A stretch of 64,000 nucleotides of DNA from positions 40,796,001-40,860,000 of the forward strand of contig OZ024740.1 of assembly GCA_964016885.1 (NCBI GenBank). Direction: 5' to 3'. Both the position numbers and the translations under genes were made by a program. A model generated the notes under the pieces. It was not told the origin of the DNA, did not search any database, and saw only the letters and a list, made by a program, of their open reading frames with translations. Source of the stretch: Eledone cirrhosa. Lineage: Eukaryota. This document shows, piece by piece, positions 39,301-50,287 of the stretch (within the stretch, counting starts at the first letter, position 1; the number at the start of each line of letters is the position of its first letter).

Positions 39301-42047
39301 AAACCCCAAAAATGGTAACTAATACAATTGTTGATCCTTGAGTGATGATTAAGCTTTGACACCTCTTGTTTGAGTGTCTTCACTGACACAATGCACGGAA
39401 AGCTTTCACTGACTTGGATTTTATCTCTCCACTTTTTAATCTGGGAGTAAATTTTAATATATTTGATAAATTGAAACAATTCTTTTGGTACACAAATATG
39501 AACAATGGCATTTTTTCTGAGTTAGTCACTGTAAGGGATGTTCTTTATTTAGAAATAGGGTTTTTACTTCAATTTTTATTGAGTTAACATCTTATCTAAT
39601 GTTGCTTTATCCACTTAAATCAAAAGATATCTTTCTAATAAAGCTGTTGGACTCAACTTAGCCATCCTGTTGTGGGGAAGTTTATACTGTAGATATTATT
39701 GACCTTGGGGTTAAGATGTTTGATTCCGGATCATAAGATTGTGAGTCAGTTGAGACATTGTGTTCTGAGATAAGACATATTTCACATGGCTTTTTGTGAG
39801 AGGACACTATTTTATTAATATTCCTGTGAAATGCAGTGTATGCGTGTGAGCTGTAAAACTCTCAAAAAACCTCTTTACTTAATGAAACCTCAAGTGATTA
39901 GTTTCCAAGATCAACAATGAGGAGGTTGACAAACTTGGGTCGAGCCCATGTTGGCTTGGGTTAATACCACTGCCTGGCCATGACTGTTTTCTATAGAATC
40001 TATAATATTTCAAACTCTGGACAGCTCTCCTTTCTCTATATTTAAACCCTGGTAAACCCTGCATTTCCTTCTGAACTAAACCCCAAAAATGGTAACTAAT
40101 ACAATTGTTGATCCTTGAGTGATGATTAAGCTTTGACACCTCTTGTTTGAGTGTCTTCACTGACACAATGCACGGAAAGCTTTCACTGACTTGGATTTTA
40201 TCTCTCCACTTTTTAATCTGGGAGTAGATTTTAATATATTTGATAAATTGAAACAATTCTTTTGGTACACAAATATGAACAATGGCATTTTTTCTGAGTT
40301 AGTCACTGTAAGGGATGTTCTTTATTTAGAAATAGGGTTTTTACTTCAATTTTTATTGAATTAACATCTTATCTAATGCTGCTTTATCCACTTAAATCAA
40401 AAGATATCTTTCTAATAAAGCTGTTGGACTCAACTTAGCCATCCCGTTGTGGGGAAGTTTATACTGTAGATATTATTGACCTTGGGGTTAAGATGTTTGA
40501 TTCCGGATCATAAGATTGTGGGTTAGTTGAGACATTGTGTTCTGGGATAAGACATATTTCACATGGCTTTTCGTGATAGGACTAGGGCCAGTATTAAAAT
40601 TCATGTGAAACTTCCATATGAGATACAACCTGAAAGAGGCCAGTTAGACCTTTCTTTATATGTATCTGTGACCTATAAACTTCATTATGAAGTCAAGTTG
40701 ATGGTAATTTCTCTCAATATCTTATGTTTAACTCCAACTATATTTCCATCAGCCACTATTTGAACTGTTAAGGTAACGTTTTAATGGTAGACTTTCTTGG
40801 TCTCAGGTTGTTGTTTGCCTGATCAAGATCAGTACTCAGTTTCCGGGGTCGACAAACTTTGGCTGAGCCTAATGTTTAGGTTAATACCACTGCCTGGCCA
40901 TGACTGTCTTCTATAGAATCTAGTTTTAAACTCTGGACAGATCTATCTAAAATGAAACTCTGGCATTCCTCTGAACTAAACCCCCAAAATGGTAACTAAT
41001 ACAATTGTTGATCCTTGAGTGATGATTAAGCTTTGACACCTCTTGTTTGAGTGTCTTCACTGACACAATGCATGGAAAGCTTTCACTGACTTGGATTTTA
41101 TCTCTCCACTTTTTAACCTAGGAGTAAAGAGAATTTCTTGTGATTTTGCTGAAGATATTTTAGCATGTTTATTTATTATGTAAGAATGTCTGCAGCTTAT
41201 TTCCTCCACTCCATCAGTACCTACACCCGATGCAGAAGTATTTCTGGTTGCTGACCCTAATAGTGTTTCCACCCCTCCCTAGCTACTGGCCTTGTCTGGT
41301 AAAGAGGATCAGTGGAACCCCAGCAGCACAAAAAGTGAGTCGTAAAAAAGGGTGGATGAACACCTGAGTCAGTGGCCATCCACCCCGAACTATTAGTTAA
41401 ATAGCCTCACCAACCTGCAATTGGCCAAGCATGGTGAGTACAGCTATACACCTGTCATGACCAAAACTAAACAGGAAGCAGTGAAGGTCAACCAGGGAGG
41501 GATTCTTTCTTCCAACAGGATGGAGAAGGTTCTGGATTGGATACGTAGATTTAGATATTTACATAAATTATTTTGTATCCAACTTCTGCAAGCATGGAAA
41601 AAAACAGATCTAAAAATGCTGGTGTGTGTAGTAAGATACCAAAACTTATATTCAAAGCAACAACTTGGTGAAAAAGGTTACATATTTCACTAAATCCACC
41701 CCAGTTTTTATCATTACAAATAAAAAGTTTTATTTATTACATATCTGGGCCAAGTATGATATATAGTTTCATTTGTGATGTGGGTGTTAAATACAATTTC
41801 TTTTTATTTTGTTGAACTGTTGATACCTCTAAATAACATATTTCCTCAAATTTAAGGATGATTGAATTTTTTTGTATTGCATAAGCAATAGATACATAGA
41901 TTTTTCTTTAAATTGTGTATCAACTACTTTTGCGTAGCTTTTGAAATTTGTGTAAAATTTGTTTGTTTTTATATTTGCTCATTAGTTTAATTATTTAAAA
42001 AACAATTTTTTCTTTCTTTTTTAGGTCTTCAAGTCAAAGAAAAATAA
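30336..42047 (+). CDS. RPL38: 60S ribosomal protein L38 (eL38), 69 aa; exons 30336-30338, 33409-33469, 35536-35658, 42025-42047
   Basis: M|[21 protein letters not shown]|[41 protein letters not shown]|LQVKEK*. All introns GT-AG and in phase; AATAAA at 42043 and 42055. Confidence 0.97.
30753..31473. mobile_element. MITE with ~170-190-bp TIRs and 8-bp TSD (Merlin-like)
   Basis: 30753-30945 is the reverse complement of 31307-31473; termini GGCGA...TCGCC; flanks CTGATTTT / CTAATTTT (7/8 match). Confidence 0.8.
32518..32568 (+). pseudogene. Degenerate intronic duplicate of RPL38 exon 33409-33469
   Basis: TTTGTTACA..TATCTGAAAT..GAATTTTTGTTGACTGCGAGAAGAAAAGAT matches 33399-33462 with deletions; acceptor AG and donor lost. 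Confidence 0.85.
32639..32725 (+). ncRNA. Intronic box C/D snoRNA, copy 1
   Basis: Perfect 12-bp terminal stem TATGAACTTGTA/TACAAGTTCATA; C ATGATGT, D' CAGA, C' GTGATCA, D CTGA; antisense elements to conserved rRNA segments; sense to the host gene. Confidence 0.8.
33409..33469 (+). CDS. RPL38: RPL38 coding exon ([20 protein letters not shown])
   Basis: Acceptor TTTTTGTTACAG, donor GTAAGT. Confidence 0.97.
33588..34826 (+). mobile_element. Internally deleted Tigger/pogo element with a nested RTE-tail fragment (34588-34765)
   Basis: TIRs CAGTGCATCTTCGCTTATCTGGA / TCCGGATAAGCGAAGATTCACTG with TA TSD; CENP-B-type HTH fragments ([37 protein letters not shown]). Confidence 0.85.
35292..35378 (+). 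ncRNA. Intronic box C/D snoRNA, copy 2 (identical to 32639-32725)
   Basis: 87/87 nt identical by eye; lies ~160 nt upstream of the next acceptor. Confidence 0.8.
35536..35658 (+). CDS. RPL38: RPL38 coding exon (VKIKKN...QSLPP)
   Basis: Acceptor CTCTTTCCAG, donor GTTTGT; inside ORF 35397-35666. Confidence 0.97.
35786..35851 (+). ncRNA. Candidate box C/D snoRNA
   Basis: Stem CCTATA/TACAGG (1 mismatch), C ATGATGT (35791), D' CTGA (35818), C' TTGATCA (35825), D CTGA (35842). Confidence 0.55.
36719..37128. repeat. ~410-bp palindrome of a Penelope-type terminal repeat with hammerhead-like motifs
   Basis: Arms 36719-36920 and 36932-37128 are reverse complements around an 11-nt spacer. Confidence 0.8.
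37384..37469 (+). ncRNA. SNORD60-like box C/D snoRNA, copy 1 of 5
   Basis: C GTGATGA (37392), guide TTTGACACCTCTTG antisense to 28S CA(A/G)GAGGUGUCAGA, D' TTGA, D CTGA (37459), terminal ATCC/GGAT stem. Confidence 0.75.
37671..37969 (-). mobile_element. tRNA-headed CORE-type SINE with RTE-derived tail, inserted in array unit 1
   Basis: ATATC target duplication; empty site (AAAAGATATCTTTC) visible in the other units; same family as 54529-54903. Confidence 0.9.
38577..38662 (+). ncRNA. SNORD60-like box C/D snoRNA, copy 2 of 5
   Basis: Identical to copy 1. Confidence 0.75.
39334..39419 (+). ncRNA. SNORD60-like box C/D snoRNA, copy 3 of 5
   Basis: Identical to copy 1. Confidence 0.75.
40111..40196 (+). 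ncRNA. SNORD60-like box C/D snoRNA, copy 4 of 5
   Basis: Identical to copy 1. Confidence 0.75.
41011..41096 (+). ncRNA. SNORD60-like box C/D snoRNA, copy 5 of 5
   Basis: One substitution (CATGG vs CACGG) relative to the other copies. Confidence 0.75.
42025..42047 (+). CDS. RPL38: RPL38 terminal coding exon (GLQVKEK*)
   Basis: Strong polypyrimidine acceptor TTTCTTTCTTTTTTAG, stop TAA, poly(A) signals. Confidence 0.92.
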
Positions 42048-43129
42048 ATGAAAAAATAAAGCCTATATATATGACACTATTTTACTCTTTTTATTTGCTT
42101 TAAAACATTCTAGATGTAAAATTATTTATACATTTATAGTTGCCTTTAAAGAAAAAGGTGACGTCTGGCTGTAGAATTGTACCCCCCAGGTCTTGTTCAA
42201 CTAATATGGTGAATAAATATACATGAAGGCAATATTTCTTTTTATATGATGAGGCTTCCTGACAAGAATTAGTAAACAATGTGTATTTTCTTGGATACTG
42301 TTAATTGTAAATTACTCAGAGTAGTTGTCAAGGTCTATAGCTATGACCATGGTAGTTGTTCCTACATTTAGTGTTGCGTCATACTGCGAGTTTGGCAGAG
42401 TTGAATTCAGAGGAAAACAATTATATAGATTCGCTCAAATGTGAAATGTGTTTAATATTTCACTACCAATTCTCATTTTTCAGTTTTGTTTTAGCACATT
42501 CCACATCTATAAACAATGTTTACCATTTCCACAATTATTTTCAATATAGTTAGCAACAAGAATGGTGGGTTCATTGTACCATTCAAAAAAACTATTTTCC
42601 CTCCAAATTGAGTACCTTTGGGAGGGTTACACTAAACATATTACTGATCACTGCAGAGCTGAATGTATAGTCTGGTTGGTGATTAGCTGTCAACTGTAAT
42701 GATATCTAAACATGGAATTGTTAAATCAAATGTTTATAGCAGTCATAGTGCTCTTTTGTACTTTTCAAGAATGTTTTCTAGTTTAGTACAGAATCTGGTC
42801 ACTCCAGCATCTGACCCACAGATTTGCTGCTCTTTTACCATTACTTCAATGGTCTTTGGCTTTCAGTTCTAGTCTCTTGGCACTTGTCATTATTCATGCA
42901 GTATTCAAACTTCAGACCCTATTCTAAACACTGCCGCCAGTCCTTACATGGAATGTCAACCATCTGGAACATGTTTTTCCAAAATGAGTGAAACAGCATT
43001 CTAACAAGGCTGGTGTTTTAATTATAACTATCAATTTAATATAAAACAAATTAAAACCACCGAAATCTAAAATTATGTAATTAGATTTTAGTTCGAGTTT
43101 TGATAAATTTAAACATTTTAATAGATAGC

Positions 43130-46100
43130 TGTAGACTTCCCATCTAACAAGACGTGTTTCAGCTCGCTCTGACCAGTAAGTAGCTGTTGGAACAGAATAC
43201 ATATGAACCCAACTTTACAATTTTCAACTGAAAACTCAACTGAAAATTCTTCCTTCTCAAAAACGACAAAGCCTTAATTCCAGTGAAAGCTACGTTTTTG
43301 TATCGTGAAAACGTATTATGAAAGATATAATACTATAATGATAATAATAATTATTCGTAAGTACACAATATTCCTATTAACAAACACACAATAGTTTACA
43401 TTATCTCAGAATTATAACATATACCAGTATTATTGTCTCCTACTGTTCAATATACACCACAGAAGTTAATATTTTGAATATTTCTATCCTTATTTGCCAT
43501 TACCTATATTTACTGTTATTATCTATATTTCTTGTTGCACAAACAACTTGGTTAAGTGATCAACAACGAATCGAAGACACTGAAAAACAATAAGTAGTTC
43601 ACAGTAACAAAAAAACACATCTTTAAATATCGCAACTGGTCATATATTGAAGTGGATACAACTACAACATTCACATCAGCAGCTAAAAGAACTAATAGAC
43701 CCACTGCCATCACCATTATCGTCATCATTGTTTCCATCTTCTACTGCTACTTCCCCTTCATCTTCTCTCCCTCCTCCTACTACTCCTAGTGGCCAAAGCC
43801 AAACATTCCATTCTACCTTGCCAGTGACCCATCCCAACCACTCTTACTTCCTCCATATCCCCACCACCATAGCTCCACTAACAACTCAAGTACCATTGCT
43901 GCTGCTACTACTACTATCTCAGCCAGTGTACAAAATCAACCACTGCTCCTTTCCCCCCTCTCCATTCAAGTCAAACAATTCTAAATCTCAAGCTATTCAT
44001 AATCCACCGCCCACATAAACGATGACGGGTAACGGAAATCCACGGACTGCCAGCTCAGAGAGCAACACTTGCCTGGCCACAGACATATTGAAAATCATCT
44101 CATCACAACAACACAAAATCAAGATATAAAAAGTGTCTTGTTGAAATATGATATCAAACAGGAAAGTGGAGCAATATACAAAAATATTTTCACAAACTAA
44201 GTTTACGATGTTAAAGAAAGCAGCAGCTTTCTTGAATGATGGTGTTCAAGTTGAGCTCACAAAATCAAACCTCACCAACTGGATTATAACAAGGATTGAA
44301 AACTTCCTCCCGGAGACTTGCAAAATGTCTGACAAACAGTACTGCATTACATTTGGCCAAAAACCAGCTTTGGCATGCTTCATCTGTAGACAAGGAATAC
44401 ACGAAGCGTGCTACTTAAAAAAGATAAATAACCACACCATTCCAGATATTCTAGGCTATGCGGTTATTGTTCACCAAGGGCCACAATAACGAATGAACCT
44501 AGGACCCTACCACAGACAGGCTGTTCTAAACAGACATTGATTGGCGAAACTGACATGGCAAATAAATCCTGCCACACAGGCAGGCCATCCAAGTGCCTCT
44601 TGTAAATGACAAGAATGAAGACAATGACATGCAAAACAAGAAACAGGAGATCCTGCAGAAAAAGACCAAACTTCCCACGAAAAGAAACAGATTCAGAGCA
44701 AACGCTCAAATGAAGAAAGGCCAGTATGTATCCATTACAGGAGCAACAAGTGCAAACATGGTCTTTCAGGTAAAGGGTGCACGTACAGTCACCTCAAACC
44801 ATGCAAACCATATATCAACTTCGGTACTGATCGAAAAAAAGGATGCCAAAATGGCTGAGAATGTGAACTCCTTCACCCAAAGATGTGCCGCAATTCGCTG
44901 AGAAAAAAAGAATGTTTTGACGAGAATTGCAAATTTATGCACCGGAAGGGTACAATTCGCATAAAAACTACTGAACCCACACCACCAGGACCAAGCTCAG
45001 CAGGGTATGAAAACCATTTCCCAAAAATGCAGAAACCAGGACATGGCTCAACAGTGAATGAAAATCATGCTACTCAATTGCACACATCAGCTGTAACAAA
45101 CCCAAACTCGCAGAAATTCGATACAGTAATGAATGAAAGCTGTTTTTTAGGCATAATCTACCAACTACAACAACAGCTGTACTCCATACAGATGACTCAG
45201 CAAAACCAGGCAACATTGATACAAAGGCTGACACCTGGACTTACAGGGCACACAACAAATACAGACAGCCCAGCAGACCGAATATCCGGTCAGCAACTAC
45301 AACAGTCTTGCCAACAATAGGGCAGATGTATCCGGTACAACAAGCATAATAACAGCAAATATCCAGGGTCTTTATCCGAAAACAAAACAGTGTAAAGTCC
45401 CTTTCTTGGAAGAATTAGCAACAGAAAACAACTCCAAAATAATTGGAATTACTGAAAGTCATCTCAACGAAAACATCCGCAACAGCGAAATCTCAATCAA
45501 TGGATTCAACATCTTCAGATGTGATAGACAAGGCAGATCCCATGGGGGCGTTATCATGTATATCCATGATACCTATGCATGCATAGAACTTGTCAATGAA
45601 TCAAATGCCTACTGCAACCTGCTGTGCATAAAAATCATCCAACTTAATACAGTTGTAACAATAATGTACAGACCGCCAAACAGCCCAACATTATCCTTCA
45701 CTGAGCCACTGACAAAGCTCCAACAAATTCTGGGAAACATGGCGAGTCCAATGCCAGACATTATCCTCCTTGGTGACTTCAACTTCCCTAACATCATCTG
45801 GCCACATGGACACATACTAAAACTGGGGGCAAAAGCTGAACAAATACAGGCAGCCAAACTGTTGGAAGTCACAGAGAAATTATACCTCAAACAAATGATG
45901 ACAGAAGCAACTAGAAATAATAATACAATCAACTCGGTTTTCACCAACAACGAGGACACGCTATTTGACCTTCACTCCACCCCAACAATCCTTTCAGACC
46001 ACAATATTATTGAAATGCATTTACACATTGGTAATGAGCCCAATGCCACAACTCTTAAACAAACGAACATGCCAAAGCTATGCAGGTATGATTATCACCA

Positions 46101-48416
46101 GGCAAATTGGGGAAACTATTAACAACCAGTTACAAATCATTGACTGGGATCTCTACCTTACTGGGCCAGATAAACAAGAAATTCTTAAACAAGATCGAAG
46201 AAATATGTGCAAAAAATATTCCTCTTAAGAAAACCAAATCCACAAAAAAACCTGTACCACGGGAGCGAAAGATCCTGATGCGCAAAAAGTCAAGACTAAG
46301 AAACAAAACATCTAAGCTGACATCAAAACATGAACTACAGAAAGTCTTTGACCAAATATACAGATTAGAAGACAATCTAAAACAACACTATGATGAAGAA
46401 CGTAACAATGCAGAAAAGAGAGCCATAGAAAACATCAAGAAAAATCCAAAATGTTTCTACAGTTTTTAAAAGAAATACTCGAATACCAAGTCAACAATAG
46501 GACCTCTCCAGAGACAAAATGGGGATGTAGTGAATAGCCCTATTGAAATGGCAGAAATGTTGGGTCAACAGTATGAAAGTGTCTTCAGTGAGCCATCTAA
46601 ATCCATGAAGATCCATGACCCAGGAGAATTCTTCAAGGATATCGACCATACTAAACCTACCCTATCCGACATTGATTTCAACCCAGAAGACGTAGAAAGA
46701 GCCATAGACAAGCTCTCCATGCACTCGGCTGCGGGGCCTGATGGTTTCAATGCCATGATACTTAAAAACTGCAAGGTACAATTGTTGAAACCCCTTTACA
46801 TGATATGGAAGGAATCTATGGAGAATGGCAAAATACCAAATACATATAAAGAAGCACACATAACTCCAATACATAAAGGGGACAGCAAATCAAAACCAAA
46901 GAACTACCGACCAATCTCACTGACATCACACATTATCAAGGTCTTCGAAAGAATAGTTCGTGGAAAACTGGTTGAGTTCCTGGAATCCAACAATCTGATG
47001 AATTGCAATCAGCATGGATTCAGGTTAGGTAGATCATGTCTTTCCCAACTACTGGCACACCATGACCAAATCCTAGAAAATGGATACAACACGGATGTTA
47101 TTTACCTCGACTTTGACAAGGTAGATCATGGCATCCTGGGACACAAACTTCGAAAGCTAGGAGTAGGAGGAAAAGTTGGTACATGGATACATGAGTTCCT
47201 TACAAATAGAACTCAAACAGTCACTGTGAATGGAACCCATTCAACACCATCACCTGTGACCAGCAGTGTTCCTCAGGGTACAGTACTCGGGCCCGATCCT
47301 GTTTCTCATCCTCATCTCTGACATAGATGAAGATACAACCAGCAACGTCTCATCCTTTGCTGATGACACCAGGGTCATGAGACAAATCAAAGACGAGGTG
47401 GATACAGAGGCCTTACAAAAGGACCTAACCACCATATACAAATGGCAGGAAACAAACAACATGTTGTTCAATGATAAGAAGTTTGAACTAATTCGCTACG
47501 GAACAGATCAAGATCTGAAAAATACAACAAACTACAGAAACCCATCAGGACAACAAATAATGGAAAAACAGTGTGTGAAAGATTTAGGCATCCACATGGG
47601 AACCAGCCTAAAATTCAGAGAACACCTTGACTCAGTCTGTCTTACTGCAAGACAGTACAGCGGGTGGATCTTGCGCACCTTCAAATCAAGAGATACCTCA
47701 ACAATGAAAACCCTCTGGAACAGTATGATACTTCCGAGGATTGACTACTGTTCTCAGTTGTGGTCACCAACAACAAAGGGCCAACTATCTAAGATGGAAT
47801 CGCTCCAAAGAAATTTTACCTCATACTTCTCAGAAACGAGGGACCTGGACTATTGGCAAAGACTCAGAACCTTGAAGATGTACTCAATAGGAAGAAGATT
47901 TGAGCGATACCGAATTATATACATTTAGAAAATGATAGAGCAAAAGGTGCCAAATTTTGGTATCAAAACCTACCACTCACTGCGCCATGGAAGACGCTGC
48001 CAGCTACCACCAATCAACAAAAACCCTGCGAGAGTCAAGTCTGTTGGTTAGAGGGGCACAACTATTCAACTCCATTCCGGTACATGTCAGAAATCTATCA
48101 GGATGCAGTGTGGAATCATTCAAATTGCAGCTGGATAGATACTTAAGCACCATTAGAGATGAACCCCATCTCCCAGGATATACACAACGAGCACAAACTG
48201 ACTCAAACTCGCTCCTACACATGTCAAAATTAAACAGAGAATCCAACCTGGCAACCACACCAGACTCTGAGGGTGGAGTCTTCGACTTGGCCTGAGCATG
48301 GACTCAAACTCAAATGAAATGAATAGTTGGTATTGGCAGAACATCGAAGATATAGTACTTGTAGAGTCTGTCAACAAAGCTCTGCCTTTCCTCCAGACAT
48401 AGCAAGTAAAAAAAAA
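43130..48416 (+). mobile_element. Near full-length CR1/L2-group LINE (ORF1 with PHD + CCCH fingers; ORF2 APE + RT), pseudogenized
   Basis: APE motifs (ANIQGL, ITESHL, YRPP, LGDFN, SDH), RT (NYRPISLTS, QHGF, PQGTVLGP, FADD) and C-terminal SLLVRGAQLFN; several frameshifts and stops; short A tail; 5' limit approximate. Confidence 0.9.
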
Positions 48417-49825
48417 TGTTTATCATCAATGGAATTGTACAAATCTAGTCCTTATCAACAGTAAGTCTGTTTCGTGTAGCCTTACTCACCATGTTAGGCC
48501 AATTGTTGGTTGGTGAAGCTATTTAACCCAAAGTTGGGGTGGATGGAGATCATCTAACAGCTCTTAGTTTTTGTGCTGGTAAAAACTTGACCCGACCATA
48601 TGTATATAAGGAGATTAATGCCACTCCACTTTTTCTTGGGCCTGTGTCTCTTGCAATGATTCAACTGAACAAAGGTTAATATTGAAATATCTAAATTATA
48701 TTAGAATTAGCTGTGAAGTGTACACAGGAATCAAACAAAAATGTTAAAATACCTCGATCTCGAGGAAAATATATAGGTGTAGTTTTCATTTTGGTCATGA
48801 ATGACAATGGGATTTTCACGTAGGAGAGGAAGAAGCATGATTGTGGAAAATCAGCAGCCACCAATGTTATCCAAGGCAAAAGCCAATGCAGCTTGGCATC
48901 AGTCACGTCACAACACACTATATAATGTCCAAGGTAAAGGTAAAAGCTGATACAGCTTGGCACCAATTATGTCACAACTCATTTCTGAAATAGTGTCTTG
49001 CTTAAGGACAACATTCTGCCCAGTCTGGGAATTAATTGAATTCACAACTTCAACGCTTACACACAACCTAAAATGAACAGTTAAATGCAAGCTACCATAC
49101 TTCAGATGGTGGGTTAAAATTATAATTCCTATGTAAAAAGGTCTGTTAGCATTTAATTTGGAAATGAGTAGAGTAATTGGTCTTTTGCAGCCAAAGTGAC
49201 AATTCTAGTCTTATTGAATTCAGCAAAGAATAGTGAATTGTATGTCTGCCAAGATCTCAGTGCTTACTAGTTCTTGTCTAAAGGCAAATTAGGATTTTAA
49301 CACATGAAAATTTTCCCAGGGGTGGCTTCCATACTTCAGCTGAAAATAATTTTTAATTGAAATAACCCTAATAACAAAAATAGAATTAAGGAAAATTTAT
49401 TCTCAATATCCAAGGAAGAGAACTTCTGACATACGCACAGTTAATAAGAAATGTAACCTCTAATTTAAAATTTCAATATTTTTTTTAACCCTTTTGATAC
49501 CAGACTGCCCCTAGTTCTATATTATAGAACTATCTAAACATTTTCCAATGTTAGAGCTTGGGAATGAGTTATATTCCTACTTCCTTCCAAATTCTCAATT
49601 ATTTGAAAATATTAGGTAGTTGTCTTCCATTAGAAATATGGTAACTGACGTGAAAGTATTATTTTGTGGCTATAAATGGATTCTTTGATAAATGTGGTAA
49701 ATTATATTTCACTCAGACAACTTTAGATATATTCTGTTTTAATACACATACATGGATATCTGTGTAGTAGAACATTTGAGAGTAATGTATTAGTTCAATT
49801 GAAACAAATCGCATGGCATGGAAGC

Positions 49826-50287
49826 TTAGTGTATTTCCATATTAACAGCAATAAGTTTGGATGGTGTTAAAATAAAAAAATAATTATTGGTTGCCTGGAC
49901 TCCCATAATGTTTTCTGCTGTTTCCAAAGAAAGTACTTGCTGTTTAGCAACTGCTGTTACTTCCTGTCCAGTTTTACGATTTCTAATTGGTGATAAAATT
50001 GACGATGGTTGACGATATATATAGCAATGTTTTGAACAATCACTGATGATTGCATATGAGAAGTCAGGAGGGCAAAGTGAAAATTTCTTTTGCTGTTTTG
50101 AGGCTTGAACATAACCAAAAGCATTGAATGTTGCTACATGTCGCCATGGTGGTGTAGCCAAGTCAAAACTATCATCATCGCCTAATTGCCACACTAAACC
50201 ATCAACATCATGGCGCAAACACACAGCTGTAGCTTTCTCAACATCGGTGAATGTGCTGAAGAGCCATTGATGACTTCCCAGATGAGC
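49826..50287 (-). CDS. NUDCD1: NUDCD1 terminal exon
   Basis: Acceptor CTCCATTTCAG; runs within ORF 49826-50311 to TAA. Confidence 0.93.
   Translation of the reverse strand, partial: AHLGSHQWLFSTFTDVEKATAVCLRHDVDGLVWQLGDDDSFDLATPPWRHVATFNAFGYVQASKQQKKFSLCPPDFSYAIISDCSKHCYIYRQPSSILSPIRNRKTGQEVTAVAKQQVLSLETAENIMGVQATNNYFFILTPSKLIAVNMEIH

Larger units (their letters stand above)
37330..41130. repeat. Tandem array of 757-900-bp units inside the last RPL38 intron
   Basis: The snoRNA anchor recurs at 37384, 38577, 39334, 40111 and 41011; duplicated ORFs 39102/39879 and 38129/40563. Confidence 0.95.

Noticed and set aside
39102-40256. Two identical 125-aa minus-strand ORFs
   Set aside because: By-product of the tandem array, antisense to RPL38 and the snoRNA; TTG start, no recognisable domain, and not conserved in type A units.
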